Assembly (NCBI GenBank): GCA_038087875.1
Contig: CM075990.1
Coordinates: 1,862,001 to 1,926,000, forward strand
Length of the DNA: 64,000 bases
Source: Malacoraja senta
Lineage: Eukaryota
Direction: 5' to 3'
Both the position numbers and the translations under genes were made by a program. Positions 1-13,658 of this stretch are shown here, in pieces. Each line of letters opens with the position of its first letter. The stretch's first letter is position 1. Under the pieces are notes generated by a model that had not been told where the DNA came from, searched no databases, and saw only the letters and a list, made by a program, of their open reading frames with translations.

Positions 1-858
1 GATACAGCAGTATCCACTGAAACTGCAGGCCATCAACAGCATTGACAAATTGATTCGGGGGCTGCTTGGGCAAGAAATTCTAGTAAAATGCCAATCCATC
101 TGTAATACCCCAATCCTTGCAGTTCCAAAACCAGGAAAGGAAGGCAAGTAAAGACTGGTCCAAGAACTAAGATCGATTAACTCAGTTGTAGTACCGCTCC
201 ATGCGCTAGTGCCAAACCCTGCTCACATCTTGGCTCTGATACCAGCTGAAGTAAAAATCTTCTCAATAGTCGACTTGCAACACGCATTCCTTTCCTTGCC
301 TCTCCACAAGGATAGCCAATATTTGTTTGCTTCCACATATAGAGGCCAGCAATACACCTGGACCATTGCCTCAAGAGTTCATCAATTTGCTTACTTTATT
401 TTCCAGGTGTCTACAAGAACAATTGAGTTCTTTAAATTTCAGAAGAAAGTCTACCTTAGTGCAGTACGTCGATGACATATTAGTGGCCAGCAAAGATGAA
501 CCAAGCAACCGTGAAGATACTGCACAATTATTAAACCATCTCGCTAATTTGGGATATGTGATCTCCCAGTCGAAAGTACTGATGGCCCAGGAGAAAATAA
601 AGATTTTAGGGATCATAATTTCGGCAACCGAAAGGAGCCTAGAAAAAAGCTGACTTGAACCCATCTGTGAATTCCAGATTCCTAGAGAAGCCAAACAAAT
701 GAGGCAATGGCTTGGTATGGTCAATTATTGTAGACCTTGGATCCCTAACATAGCTTTAGAAACTAAAGAGCCAATACTCTATACTAGTAAAGAGGGTGAA
801 TTCCAACTAACTAAGAAAGCGCAGGAGGCCTTTGAAAACTTAAAGAAATCACTAATGC
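1..858 (+). mobile_element. pol: ERV-A pol, reverse-transcriptase region (degenerate class-I gamma/epsilon-like ERV), 5' part
   Basis: Frames read QQYPL...NTPILAV.KP..., VPNPAHIL, VDLQHAF, QQYTWT/LPQ, LVQYVDDILVA and WLGMVNYCRPWIP, with stops and frameshifts. It ends at ...KKSLM, where ERV-B is inserted. Confidence 0.93.
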
Positions 859-1657
859 TGTAAATACGCTCTTCTAAGCTTCCCCCCAGTCTAGTTCAGT
901 CAAAAAGCACTGTCAAGCACTGGAACAACTAATATTTATTTTTAGGTTGAACAGCAAATTCCCCAATACGATATCTAAACCACCGTGGGTTCGATCCTTG
1001 TATCTGCCTGGCCAAGCCCTTCAGCCTCGTGCAAACAGAAACACTCCAAAAGGTCACGCAGTCCCAAGCGCTCTTCCAGAAGATCGACAAAGGACCTCGT
1101 AGGGCTGCCTTTTATAGGTCCCCGAACCTTGAGGTACTGAAGTACATAGGGGTGGTCTCTTTATAATCCAATCAAACATATTAATTACAATAATACATTA
1201 TTGACAGTTCCCCAAACCAATAACAGAATCTCACATACATTGTTTCAGGAGAAGCTTCTGGAAGAAGCTAACTTAACTTGAATAATGCAACATTTGCCCT
1301 GGAATTCAAAACAACCCTGCCAGGGCTTAACACTTTGGCCAATCATCAAACTGCAGGGTAACTGTCTCGCAACATTATTTACAATATATACAATGCTTTT
1401 CCAGTAATCCAATCAACTTCATGCATTTTACACTTCTTTGGAGGTCTTCTGCAGAAATCTCATTCATTCTGTCAATTGAAGAGATACTCATACATTTCTT
1501 ATCTGCAACACTGATCTGGGCCCTAGACTTAATGCCACCATCAACAGCTTGTCTTGTATTTTAAAGAAACACAGACTTGACAAAAATGGCCTAACAATGC
1601 ATGAAGCCTTTACTAAATGTTGCCGCTATTATTGCTCTGTTTTAGCCAGGATTTACA
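859..1657 (-). repeat. ERV-B 3' LTR (~800 bp)
   Basis: TG...CA inverted ends; minus-strand TATA (CCTATAAAAGG, ~1108-1118) and AATAAA (~935-940); aligns to the split 5' LTR. Confidence 0.93.
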
Positions 1658-1669
1658 TTCCTCCCTTTT
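1658..1669 (-). promoter_or_regulatory. ERV-B polypurine tract
   Basis: AAAAGGGAGGAA on the minus strand immediately before the 3' LTR TG. Confidence 0.88.
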
Positions 1670-1774
1670 ATCATATGATAACCATCATTATGATAACCAA
1701 ATATACATTAGTGACTATTACATTATGTCAAACATATTAACAACAAGATGATGATGTATCTTCCCAGAATCTCA

Positions 1775-1926
1775 TCAAGCTTCCCGCGTTTTCGCGTGCA
1801 TAGCTTCATAATTCCCGTCTGATGAGTCTTCACCTCCCGAGTTTTTGTGGGCGCGAATCCCATCCATCCATGTCACCAATCCTTCTGTACTTGATCCATA
1901 GCAGAACATATAATTCCTAAGAGAAC
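1775..1926 (-). CDS. Putative spliced 3' exon of ERV-B (49 codons, unknown product)
   Basis: CTAAC...CCCAG| then (G)SLRNYMFCYGSSTEGLVTWMDGIRAHKNSGGEDSSDGNYEAMHAKTREA*; homologous to 26704-26859. Confidence 0.4.
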
Positions 1927-1999
1927 CTGGGACGAATCTGTTAGCAATCCAGACTTTCACTGATGCTCTCCCATGCATTCCTGTCATCCACTGTCAACA

Positions 2000-2560
2000 A
2001 AAGGCTTCTATCTATACACTATTACTATCCCATGATGCAATCCTTCCCATACTATGATCAACGCTAACATGTAGTCAGTTATCTGCGCAGTCACATGGTG
2101 GTTTCCAATGTACTCCTGAACCTTCAATGAAGGTTCCTCATATGAATTTCAGCTGGGTTTAGTCCAAATTTCCCTACAGGCGTGACTCTTATTGAAAACA
2201 ACCATGGGGAATGCTTCAATTCAGCTAAATTCAGTCTCAGCCTTTAATTTACTATTTAGAGTTTCAGCGTCTGTCTTACCCCTTTCCAATCCACAGCTTG
2301 TGGCCGATAAACACAATTCAATCCAATTGCTGTGGAATTCCCACCTATTTAATTTCATCAATTTCTTTCCAAATGTTGTGGATCATTGTTTTAAATTAAG
2401 AATACCGAAGCTAGGGAGAATTTTTACACCTTAATAATAGTAGCCAATTTATTATCAAAGGTTAGATAAATCTCGATCCACTGGTCAAATACATCGACTC
2501 TGACAACAAGTACCCTCCCCTGGTACTTCTTATAACCCCATCACTCTTTCTTACAGTAAC
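2000..2560 (-). pseudogene. Highly degenerate integrase remnant of ERV-B
   Basis: Minus strand aligns by eye to ERV-A integrase 25930-26300 (gtacttgttgtcagagtcgatgtatttgaccagtggatcgag...gataataaa...tatcggccacaagctg). Confidence 0.75.
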
Positions 2561-3986
2561 TCTTCTCTTGGTGGTCAGCATTAACTTCTTGAAGGGGAAC
2601 TTTGTTATCTGCACTTCCTCATTCTTATTACTTTCATGTCATCTCTCACGTTCCCCGGATATTTATTCATGTTCTACAATACCGCACCTCTGCCAAGTTG
2701 CATCCTTCCCTTCATGACCGTTACCACTCCTTCCCTTCCCTGGCTGTCTATCTGGGGGTGAGACAATGAAAGATACCAGGTTAATTCTCAAATTTCAAAT
2801 ACGTTTAAGTCTTATCCCATAGGCCATTTCTAAATCTCAAATTTCAAAGTCCTTCCAATTCATCACTACACAATTTAGAGATCTAATTTAGAATTGGTCA
2901 GTTTATTCCCAATAGCTAAAATTTAGGCGCAAAGTAGGTGTCCCCAAACCACAGAGGAGTTTTCATTCACAGATTTCCATATTCAGTTAACTCTTTTAAG
3001 TTGGAGCTTGCCTCAATGGTCTCTAGAGGCTGTCTATATTTCTTTAAATTCCTGAGACATTGTTCTTCCTTTTTCACCGGTGTCAATTACTATGTCACGT
3101 TGGTAAGGTTGGGCACTAGGGTGTATATGTCTTTTTTAATTTGCAGGAGCAGGAAAATCACTATGAGGAACAGTCTTCTTTTCTGCTGGCCTTTCCTGGG
3201 TTGTGAACGTTAAAGGGACAGGACAGTATCACTTCCTTCTCTCTGTTGATCTCTGTCTCTGGGGAGCTACTTGGATGGAAGTGATGGTTACACATCCTAC
3301 CTGAGCTGTGTCTTCTGCCCTTTCTTCAGAGTCCACATACTCTTTTACCTCACTCCCCAGATAGTGGCATGTCATAAGCAGTACTGTCCTGAAGGCACAA
3401 CAACTCAACAAAAAGTTATTAAACGAGTTTACACTTGCTCCTATTCCTCACTCGTACACCTCCTGCACAATAGATTCTTTTCTTCCTTTCCCTAGTGCCA
3501 ATCTAATAGAGTTTTATTTCTTTGTCTTCTGACACCAGCTACTTTGTCTCTTTCTTGGTTTCTTTATTAATGTTTTGCTCCTTTCTATCAGTTCTTGATC
3601 CCGATTTGACACAATTAAGGCAGTTTCCTATAATTGCTACCTCTTCTTTTTATTTATTTTTTATTTTATTAGAAGTTAATACAATACAAAACAATACAGT
3701 GGTACCTAATTTTAGGTGCCAACTATGTCAAAACGTAATACATTCTATGTACAACCTCTAGTTTTATGTTTTTGAAAAGGAGGTAAAAAAAAAAAAGGAA
3801 AAAAAAAATAGAGAGAAGAAAAAGAGGAAAAATAAATAGTAGAAAATAGAAAAACGTGAAGTGTGTATATAAGAAAAGAAAAAATAGAAAGTAGAAATAG
3901 TAGAAAAAGACCCTTAAAAAAGAAATTTTCAAATCTTTGTTCGGAGATGTAAATCTATCCACGACCTGACCTGAAATCAGTAATCT

Positions 3987-6900
3987 TTATGGTACTGCTG
4001 CATCACATGACTCCAAAAAGTCGATGAAAGGGGACCAACTCCTTAAGAATTGGTCATATTTATCTATTGGGCAGAGTCTCATTTCTTCAAGGTGTGCTAT
4101 GTCCGTCATATTCCTAATCCACATTTTAATAGTTGGTATAGCTGTATTTTTCCAAAATTTAAGTATCAATTTCTTTCCAATTATTAACCCATAATTAAAG
4201 TATATTTTTGGTCTTTGTTTAAATTGATATCTTCTACTATTATTCCAAATATAATCCATTCCGTATTAGGTTCTATTCTTGACTTGAAGAGCTTTGTAAA
4301 TATATCAAATATATCGCTCCAAAATTTATTCAACTTTGTACATCCTACAAATGAATGTGTTATATTGGCATTTTGAAACAAACATTTATCGCATCAGGGA
4401 GAGACATTTGGGTAGAATTTATTCAACCTCGTTTTTGAATAATATAGTCTATGTAATAATTTAAATTGAATTAAATTATGTCTTGCATTAATGGAACAGT
4501 TATGTGTGTTCATCAGATACTTTTCCCATCTATCTTTCGGGATCTTTTACATTAGTTCATGTTCCCAATCTTCTCTTAGTGCCTCTGTTGAGGGTAATTC
4601 TCTATTTAATATACTATTATAAAATTATGATATTAGTTTTTGTGAATCAGCCTTAATATTCATTGCTTCTTCAAAAGGGTCTAAAAATATAGTTTGAAAT
4701 CTATGTATATATTTCTTCATAAAGTCACATATCTGTATATATTTAAAATATTGATTATCATTCAGTTTAAATTTTAATTTTAATTGTTGAAATGATAACA
4801 ATTTGCCCAGTTCATACATATCTCCTACTTTCCTAATCCCCAATCTATCCCATTGTTTATATGTTTTGTCGATAAGAGATAGTTTGAATGCAGGATTATT
4901 CAGAATTGTGGTTAATACTGATAGATTATTTAATTTCAAGGATAATTTTATTTGTTTCCAAATTCTTATTGTATTGTGAATAATTGGGTTCTTCTTATAT
5001 ATTATACTATTCAATTTTATCGGTGAGAACAAGATCGTTCCTATATCGTACAGGAAACACTCCTCTTTTTCCATTCTTATCCACTCCGACTGGTGAGTGG
5101 AACTATCCAACCAGTACATTATGTTCTTAATATGCACTGCCCAGTAGTAATACGTAAAGTTAGGTAGTGATAAACCCCCAACTTCTTTAGGTTTACACAA
5201 ATGCTTTCGTTGAATTCTGTGTGCTCTATAATCCCATATAAAATTAGTGATATTAGAATCTAGTTTTTTGAAAAAAATATTTCGGAATATATATTGGGAT
5301 CGCTTGAAACAAATATATTAATTGTGGTAAGAAAGTCATTTTTATAGCGTTAATTCTACCTATCAATGAGAGTGGGAGCGTTTTCCAAAATTTAATCATA
5401 ACATTCAGTTTATTTAATAGTGGCATAAAATTGGCGCTAAATAATGATTTGTGGCTTCTCGTAATTTGAATACCTAAATACTTGAATTTTTCTGTTGCAA
5501 TTTTGAAAGGGAATTTTAATGTGTCTCGCATCCTGTGGTATTAAAGACATAATTTTGCTTTTATTCCAATTTATTCTATATCCTAAAAAAGAACCAAATT
5601 CCTCAATTAGTGTTAATAAGGTGGGGATACTCGTTTGTGTATTAGTAATATATAAAAGAATATCATCAGCATATAATGAAATTTTATTCTTTGAGTCCTT
5701 GGTATTATATCCGTGAATATTCGGATGATTTCTAATCCTTTCAGCCAGCGGTTCTATCATAAGGGCAAATAGCAATGGTGATAAGGCACAACCCTGCCTA
5801 TTACCCCTTGATAAATAAAATTTTGGAGATAACATATTATTAGTTAATATTCTTGCCGTAGGTTTATCATAAAGTAGTTTAACCCATCTAATAAAATTCT
5901 CTCCCGTATTAAATTTTTGGAGTACCTTATATAAATACTGCTATTCTACCTGATCAAATGCCTTCTCTGCATCCAGCGTAACGACTGAAATATCTTCAAT
6001 GTCCTCTTTGTGAGAGTACATTATATTGAAAAGCCTTCTCAAGTTATTAAATGATTGTCTTTTGGGTGTAAATCCCGTTTGATCCGGGTTTACTAATTTA
6101 TTAATATAATTATTCAGTCTTCTTGCTAGAATCTTTGCTAAGATTTTCTGATCCGTATTTAGAAGTGATATAGCTCTGTAAGAACCCGGTTCATCTAAAT
6201 CTTTATCTTTTTTTGGTATAAGCGTTATTGTTGATTCTGCTAACGTTTCTGGTAGTTTATTTTCGGTATAAGCCTGTGTGTATAAGTTGAGTAATCTTCG
6301 TACAAGTGACTCCTGAAATCGTTTATAAAATTCATTGCTAAAACCATCTGGTCCTGGGGTCTTCCCATTTTTCAATCAGTTTATTATTTGTTTTATTTCT
6401 TCACTAGTAATCCGTGCTCCTAATTCCTCTTGTTCTAAACTATTCAATTTAGGGAGGTTGCAAATATCTAAAAAAATTGTAATTTTACTATCATCTGTAT
6501 TTATTTTAGTTGTGTATAAATTATGATAAAATTGGGCAAACCTTTTATTAATATCCTTTGGTAATGTTAGAAGCTCACGCTTATCAGATTTAATTTTAGT
6601 GATAGTATTTTCCTTTTCTTGTTGCTCCAGTTGCCTCGCTAATAATTTATGTGGCTTATCCCCAAATTCAAAGTGTGCCTGTTTTGTAATTTGGAATAGT
6701 CTTATTACTCTACCCGATAATATTCTATTGAGTTTATATTTCAATAAGGTTATCTTATTATGTTTATCTATGGTTGGGTCACTTGCATTGTCCAGTTCTA
6801 GTGATTTTATTTCCTGTTCTATCCTCTGAAGTTCTCTTTTATTTTCTTTATTTTTATAACTTTGATAAGAGATTATAGCACCGCGAATGTATGCCTTAAA

Positions 6901-7794
6901 GGTTTCCCATAATAGCGATACAGAAATACCCGGCGTCTCATTTATGTCGAAAAAGAATTTTGTTTGTTCTTTTATATACTCATAACCCTGCGGGTTATTT
7001 AATATTTGTGCGTTGAATCTCCAAAAAGATTTTATACCTGGCATTCCCTCGATTTTAAGTATAAAAGTCAGTGGTGAATGATCGGAAATAATACTATTAT
7101 GATATGATGGTTTAATCGTATACGGGATTAATTTTGTATCCAATAAGAAATAGTCAATTTGTGAATACGTTTTATGAGCCGACGAGTAAAATGATTATTC
7201 CCTTCCAATTGGGTTTGCTATTCTCCAAACATCAGTTATGTTATTATTTTTTATATAAGTATTTAAAAATTCACAGGTCTTAGTTTTAACTAGACGCTTC
7301 CCTACCTTTATTGATTTATCTAAATATGGGTCTATAACACAATTAAAATCTCCCCCCATTATAATATTTTGATAATTATGCTCTGCAATTATATCTACTA
7401 TTTTCTTTAAAAATTGGGGGTTATCAAAATTAGGCGCATAAATATTTATCATAGTTAATGGTGTATTATAAATTTCTCCCGTGACTATAACGTATCTTCC
7501 CTCTTTATCAGATATGGACTTCTTTAATTTAAAAGGTATACCTTTCCGAATTATAATGGCCGTGCCTCTTGCTTTAAAAGTGAATGCGGAGTAGTAGGTT
7601 TGACCTATCCAATTTGCCCTTAATCTGATCTGAGTTTGTTGTTTCAAATGCGTTTCTTGTAGGAAAGCAATATCAATGTTTAATGATTTTAATTGTGCCA
7701 GAATTTTACCCCTCTTAATTGGCTCATTCACACCTCTAATGTTCCAACTACAAAAAGTGAGACCTCCGGTGTTTATTCGACTATTATCTTGCAT
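3987..7794 (-). pseudogene. L1-a ORF2 (APE endonuclease + RT), disrupted
   Basis: SWNIRG, FLQETH, GGDFN, SDHSP, PGPDG, YRAISLLN, LDAEKAFD, RQGC.LSPLLF and LYADD spread over several frames. Confidence 0.93.
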
Positions 7795-8641
7795 TGGCTA
7801 TTATTACCAGAATGTATAATTCATGTGATGCAGCCAAGTACCTCGAAATCCCGAGTCCAGGGTTGTCCTTCATAATTTCTGCACTAGTTTTACATCTCCT
7901 GACACTATTAAACATAATTAAGGGAAAGAGAAAAACTTAAAATGAAGTGTTCATAAAGATTGTTAAATCATATAACTCATAATAGTGAATAAACAAAAAA
8001 AGTGAGTGTAAGTTACCAAAAAAGCGATATCTTACAAAAAAGCCACCTATGGTGGCTAAGTTTAATTTTAAATTGACCTCCGTCGATGGAATTATGCACT
8101 GGGCTTTGCCCCCCTAGTAAAGTATCATCCAACATTAGTCGGTTTCCTCCACTTATAACCAAAATTATCATGTCAGGTCGATTAATAGCTAAAAAATTTA
8201 AAATAAAATAGAAGAAAAGCTAGAAGATTTACAATAAAATAAAATAGAATTATTATGGGTTAAAGTACCTCGTCATTAATCACACTTTTCATTAGCCTGT
8301 ATGTTAGTTGATTCGTAATTAGTATTTAGAATATCTGTCTAACCTCCCCCATCCTTCCTACTATATAGTTAGTCATGTTAGTATAATACATTAAACCTTT
8401 AGCGTTAATTACGTTTATTGCGTATATATAGTTAATTAGTTAGTTAGTTATATGCTGTATATCTAAATAATAGATCATATAGTACTGAGACAAAGGCAGA
8501 CCAACAAGACTGTTTTAAATTCAAAAAAGAACATTCTAATAGTTATCAGGGCTGAAAAACTTGGCGCAGAGCCTGCGACCTTGAACATTCCATCTGTTGA
8601 GCCTCAGTTTTTCAGTTCAAGATAAAGTTAGGACTCTGTTA

Positions 8642-9241
8642 TTAAAAAACACATTCTGGCCAGATAAGTCTGTCTGAGAACCGTCTAAACAAAGTAAAAA
8701 ACAAGTTCAGCGGGCGTAGTGTCTCATTAGTTTTTCCTTGAATTTTATTTAAAATCTTTTGGGCATATTTGCAAGCTGAGTCCGGATCCGTAAATGAACG
8801 TTGCTCAGCCCTGTACGCGATTAACATTTTAGCAGGGTAGATAACACCGTAACGAACTTCAGAATGTCCTTGTAAAATACTGCTTGCACTTTTAAACTGG
8901 CGTCTTTTTGCCAGTATTTCCCGAGGGTAGTCTCTGTAAAATCTAACAATATTATCAGCAAATGTAAGATTTTCTCCATAGGATATCTTCTTTAATAAAT
9001 TTTCCAAAGTCGAAATGTCTAAGAACTTTACGATAATTTGACGTGGTGGAGCATTCGCTCCTCTTTGGAAGCGACTAACACGATGAGCCACATCTATCTT
9101 TGTTTTTTCTGGCAGTTTGAAAACATCTTTAAGTAAATTAGTGATAAAATCACGCATTTGAGAGCCGTGCTCTGCCCCCTCTTTAACTCCTATTATTCGC
9201 AAATTCTGCCTCCTTGACCTGGCTTCCAAATCTTGACATTT
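8642..9241 (-). pseudogene. L1-a ORF1 C-terminal part (RRM/CTD)
   Basis: DLEARSRRQNLRIIGVKEG, AHRV, PRQIIVKF and YPAKM motifs. Confidence 0.9.
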
Positions 9242-9469
9242 CTACCTCTTCTTTATGCTTCCTTCCAGGTAAGAGGATTCTCTCGTTCTGATTTTAAATA
9301 GTGGTTGCTACTATTTTCCCTGGACCATCTCAGTGTTATGAGGAGGGTATGTTCTATTTCCTCAGATTTCATTTCTGGTTCTGAGGCAGGGGTCAGGTTG
9401 CTCCGTCCACACTCTGGACTGGCTGGCAGATCAGGACTACCGAAATGGACTCGATTGCGAGAAAAGTGT

Positions 9470-11032
9470 TTAGTTTCCCACCCCCTGATCCTCTAGCCAG
9501 CGTCCTCTGCTTTGATCTTCAGCGTCCCAAGTATCCCTATAGCCCCTTGGGATCAATAGACATCTTGGACCTCGTGACCCGATCCTTCGACCCCTTCCTC
9601 CTCTATGATCCCTCCTAGGGCAAGCTTTGCTCCCATGCCCCACAGACATAACACTGATCTGGCCCAACCGTTCTGTCTCTTCTCCCGTCGAACTGAGGAA
9701 AATCAGGCTCTGGAATAGGCATGTCCCGAAAGTAATCTGGATGGAGCCTCAAACTCTTCCTCTTCTTTTGATCTAATTTCCAGTTTCTGCATTAATTCCA
9801 CTGGTCCCTGGAAGGATTTGATAAGAACAGCAAAGATAGGCTTTTCCCTGTCACTCTCTCTTGCTACCTGCTCCACTAAGGCTTCATGTGTAGCGTACCC
9901 CAATATCATCAAAAATTTAGTGTTATCCTTCGGGGTAATCAATCGTTGCACTGCCTCCCATAAGCTTTGAGAGTCAGGGTAATGGCCATACAAATTAAGT
10001 TTTAGTTATTCCTCAAATGAAGCAATTGAATCTTTCTCGTCTGGGTCTTCACTCATAGTCATTGTCGAACTGGGTTTCACTGGCATGGGGGCGTCTGTAG
10101 CCCGGGGATGATCTACACCTACTGCAATATCCAGATCAAAAGTGGGAGTAAGCACCTTTCTGACAGGGAATTGCCTACGGGGAATTCGTTCTACTTCCAT
10201 GATATGGGCTATATTAGGATCAACTATCTTATAACCCGCTATTGTCTCACCCTCAGTAGCACTGCTTCCTCCGTTAATGGAGTCTCTATATTTTATGAAT
10301 GATTCCTTTACTTCTCCTGCTGTCCATTTAATTTGTTCTGGCACCGGTTTATAAGGAACTTTACTTCTTGCCCCTTGACTCACCGTGCTATCCTTTTCCA
10401 ATAAATCAATCGGGGCCGAGAATCCCCTTCCAATTTCTCCCTTCAGGTTCAAATTTAGTAGGTGGAGTCACAGATGCCGTTGACTCCACTCGAGTGCCCT
10501 GTTCACAAGCTACACACGTGAGATGGCTTGGAGGAAGGCTGTGATTCTATACCAAAAAAGTCAGCCCATCTTTTTAAATACTGGGCTTCCCTCCCTTCAA
10601 TGTCCACACTGGCCACTTGCTAAATTTAATTGTTGTCTGGGCCACTTCCCCTTTAAGAGTCTCCGCTCTTCTCTGCTCCTGCTTCCGATCTTTAACATTT
10701 TTCTCTTTCTTTCCAAAAATATCCAGAGAAGGACCAGCTCCCACTTCTTTTAGAGGCTGCCGTCCTCCAATGTGCCTCTTCATATAATACATTCTCCATA
10801 ATTCTATGTTCATTTCCTTCTTTGCTATTCCCATATTGTTGGATAATTTTCTCAATGTACCTTATCCCAGTCACTGACTTCAGACCACCCATCGGCCATA
10901 ATTCAATTCCTAACTATTTAACTTTCCCGAAAATGTTCGTAACCTCTCAACTTTCAGAGGGAATTCATCACACATTATTTGTAATGGGCTTTCAGAAGTG
11001 GTCGTTAAATCCTTCTCCAGATTATTTCCCAT
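9470..11032 (-). pseudogene. gag: ERV-B gag, degenerate
   Basis: Starts gtcATGG MGNNLEK (myristoylation-type MG), WPMGG matrix-like motif, capsid-like segment, and a frameshifted zinc knuckle CYVCG..GHGSKACP at ~9613-9657 followed by an RG-rich tail. Confidence 0.65.
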
Positions 11033-11720
11033 GACCTTGTACACTAGAAACGATACAGCTACAGATACATTTCTGACTCACTAACACTTCACACCTCTTC
11101 AATAATTCGCTCCTCCCTTTCAGTCTCCAAGGCTACCCAGATCACATCCGAATAATAGCTAACTTCTTCCAAGGGCTAACAGTCTCACACCTTTCTCACA
11201 CAATCATACAGCCAACCCTTCCAATTCAATCGCTATTCAATCGTTCTATTCAATCGCTCTATTCAATTCCTCTATTCAATTGTGCACCCAACTCTCTTAT
11301 CAGTTACATCTCATTCACAACCACTCATCCAACTTTCAACCTGTAAACAGCTCCGGAAGAATCCTCAGTCTCCCAGATTAAGGTGCTTAATATTCAAATA
11401 GCAGCAGTCTCTCCCACTCAAAATATCTCCATTTAAGAAAGACAAATAAACCAAAACCACATAAGCAAAACTATACCCAAGCAAGAAACTATACCACCTA
11501 TTAGAAGTAAACAGAAACACACTCCAATATAAACTGCAAGCATTCACTTATTATCACAATTAAACCACACACTATTTTAATTCCTCCTCGTGGTGTGCTC
11601 GGTCGACGGAACAATCCCTCCCCCGAAGCAATCAATCAGAAGGATACGAACCCCCGATCGAACAACCACGGATCGGACTTCAATATTAATACATTCCCAA
11701 CTAAACCAAATTCTTACACG

Positions 11721-12037
11721 TTTGAAACATATAAGATTGTTAAGGGCTTGGACACGCTAGAGGCAGGAAACATGTTCCCGATGTTCGGGGAGTCCAGAAC
11801 CAGGGGCCACAGTTTAGAACGGAGACGAGGAAACACTTTTTCTCACAGAGAGTGGTGAGTCTGTGGAATTCTCTGCCTCAGAGGGCGGTGGAGGCAGGTT
11901 CTCTGGATGCTTTCAAGAGAGAGCTAGATAGGGTTCTTAAAAATAGTGGTCAGGGGATATGGGGAGAAGGCAGGAACTGGGTACTGATTGGAGATGATCA
12001 GCCATGATCACATTGAATGGCGGTGCTGGCTCGAAGG
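11721..12037 (+). mobile_element. CR1 LINE 3' fragment
   Basis: ETYKIVKGLD..SRTRGHS..FSHRVV.LWNSLP and CR1 3' UTR; short internal deletion. Confidence 0.9.
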
Positions 12038-12485
12038 CACAATGCACAATCAGTACAATTTAACAATTCACGATCTTAACGCTTTCCAAATGTATATTAC
12101 ACGCAACAAAGTATTTATACACAATTCCAGTCTGAAGGAACTATGTACACTTAAGATTCACTAAATTCTATCACAGGCAATGCAATACACTATAACCACA
12201 ACACACTAACAGCAATCTTTAATACACAGTTTCAAAAGCAAATTACAATATTTAAATCCTGCGTCGCGCTGCTATCAACCAGTGAACCTCTCCCTCCGAT
12301 ACAGAAGACTTTCCCCTTCCTAGGGTACTCTTTGCTGAGGGATACTAGTTCTTTATTAGCTACTCTTTACCTTCAGGTACTTTTTCCTCACACTAAATAC
12401 TTTGACTTGGGGGTACCTTTCCCGTCAGATTACTCTTTACTACAAATTTATTTCCCTACTCTTCGCTATCAGGTACTAATCAACA

Positions 12486-13658
12486 ATCTGGACTTTCAGA
12501 AGGCTTTCGCCAAGGTCCCACATAAGAGATTAGTATACAAACTTAAAACACACGGTATTGGTGGTTCAGTATTGATGTGGATAGAGAACTGGCTGGCAAA
12601 CAGGAAGCAAAGAGTAGGAGTAAACGGGTCCTTTTCAGAATGGCAGGCAGTGACTAGTGGGGTACCGCAAGGCTCAGTGCTGGGACCCCAGCTATTTACA
12701 ATATATATTAATGATTTGGACGAGGGAATTGAATGCAACATCTCCAAGTTTGCGGATGACACGAAGCTGGGGGGCAGTGTTAGCTGTGAGGAGGATGCTA
12801 GGAGGCTGCAAGGTGACTTGGATAGGCTGGGTGAGTGGGCAAATGCATGGCAGATGCAGTATAATGTGGATAAATGTGAGGTTATCCACTTTGGTGGCAA
12901 AAACAGGAAAGTAGACTATTATCTAAATGGTGGCCGATTAGAAAAAGGGGAGATGCAACGAGACCTGGGTGTCATGGTACACCAGTCATTGAAAGTAGGC
13001 ATGCAGGTGCAGCAGGCAGTGAAGAAAGCGAATGGTATGTTAGCATTCATAGCAAAAGGATTTGAGTATAGGAGCAGGGAGGTTCTACTGCAGTTGTACA
13101 GGGTCTTGGTGAGACCACACCTGGAGTATTGCGTACAGTTTTGGTCTCCAAATCTGAGGAAAGACATTGTTGCCTTAGAGTACAGAGAAGGTTCACCAGA
13201 TTGATTCCTGGGATGTCAGGACTTTCATATGAAGAAAGACTGGATAGACTCGGCTTGTACTCGCTAGAATTTAGAAGATTGAGGGGGTATCTTATAGAAA
13301 CTTACAAAATTCTTAAGGGGTTGGACAGGCTAGATGCAGGAAGATTGTTCCCGATGTTGGGGAAGTCCAGGACAAGGGGTCACAGATTAAGGATTAAGGG
13401 GAAACATTTTTCACACAGAGAGTGGTGAATCTCTGGAACTCTGTGCCACAGAAGGTAGTTGAGGCCAGTTCATTGGCTATATCTAAGAGGGAGTTAGATG
13501 TGGCCCTTGTGGCTAAAGGGATCAGGGGGTATGGAGAGAAGGCAGGTACAGGATACTGAGTTGGATGATCAGCCATGATCATATTGAATGGCGGTGCAGG
13601 TTCGAAGGGCCGAATTGCCTACTCCTGCACCTATTTTCTATGTTTCTATGTTTCTATG
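12486..13658 (+). mobile_element. CR1 (HER1-like) LINE, 5'-truncated
   Basis: LDFQKAF, GVPQGSVLGP and KFADDTK motifs; (TTTCTATG)n tail; near-identical to 54575-55770. Confidence 0.95.

Larger units (their letters stand above)
3650..9241 (-). mobile_element. L1 (LINE-1) element a, 5'-truncated within ORF1
   Basis: 13-bp TSD CTACCTCTTCTTT at 3637-3649 and 9242-9254; A-rich 3' tail at ~3650; ORF1 and ORF2 homology; AT-rich. Confidence 0.93.

Noticed and set aside
12332..13204. 290-aa ORF as an ERV-RT fusion gene
   Set aside because: Chance read-through from the ERV leader (TTG start) into a 5'-truncated CR1 RT that is frameshifted downstream.
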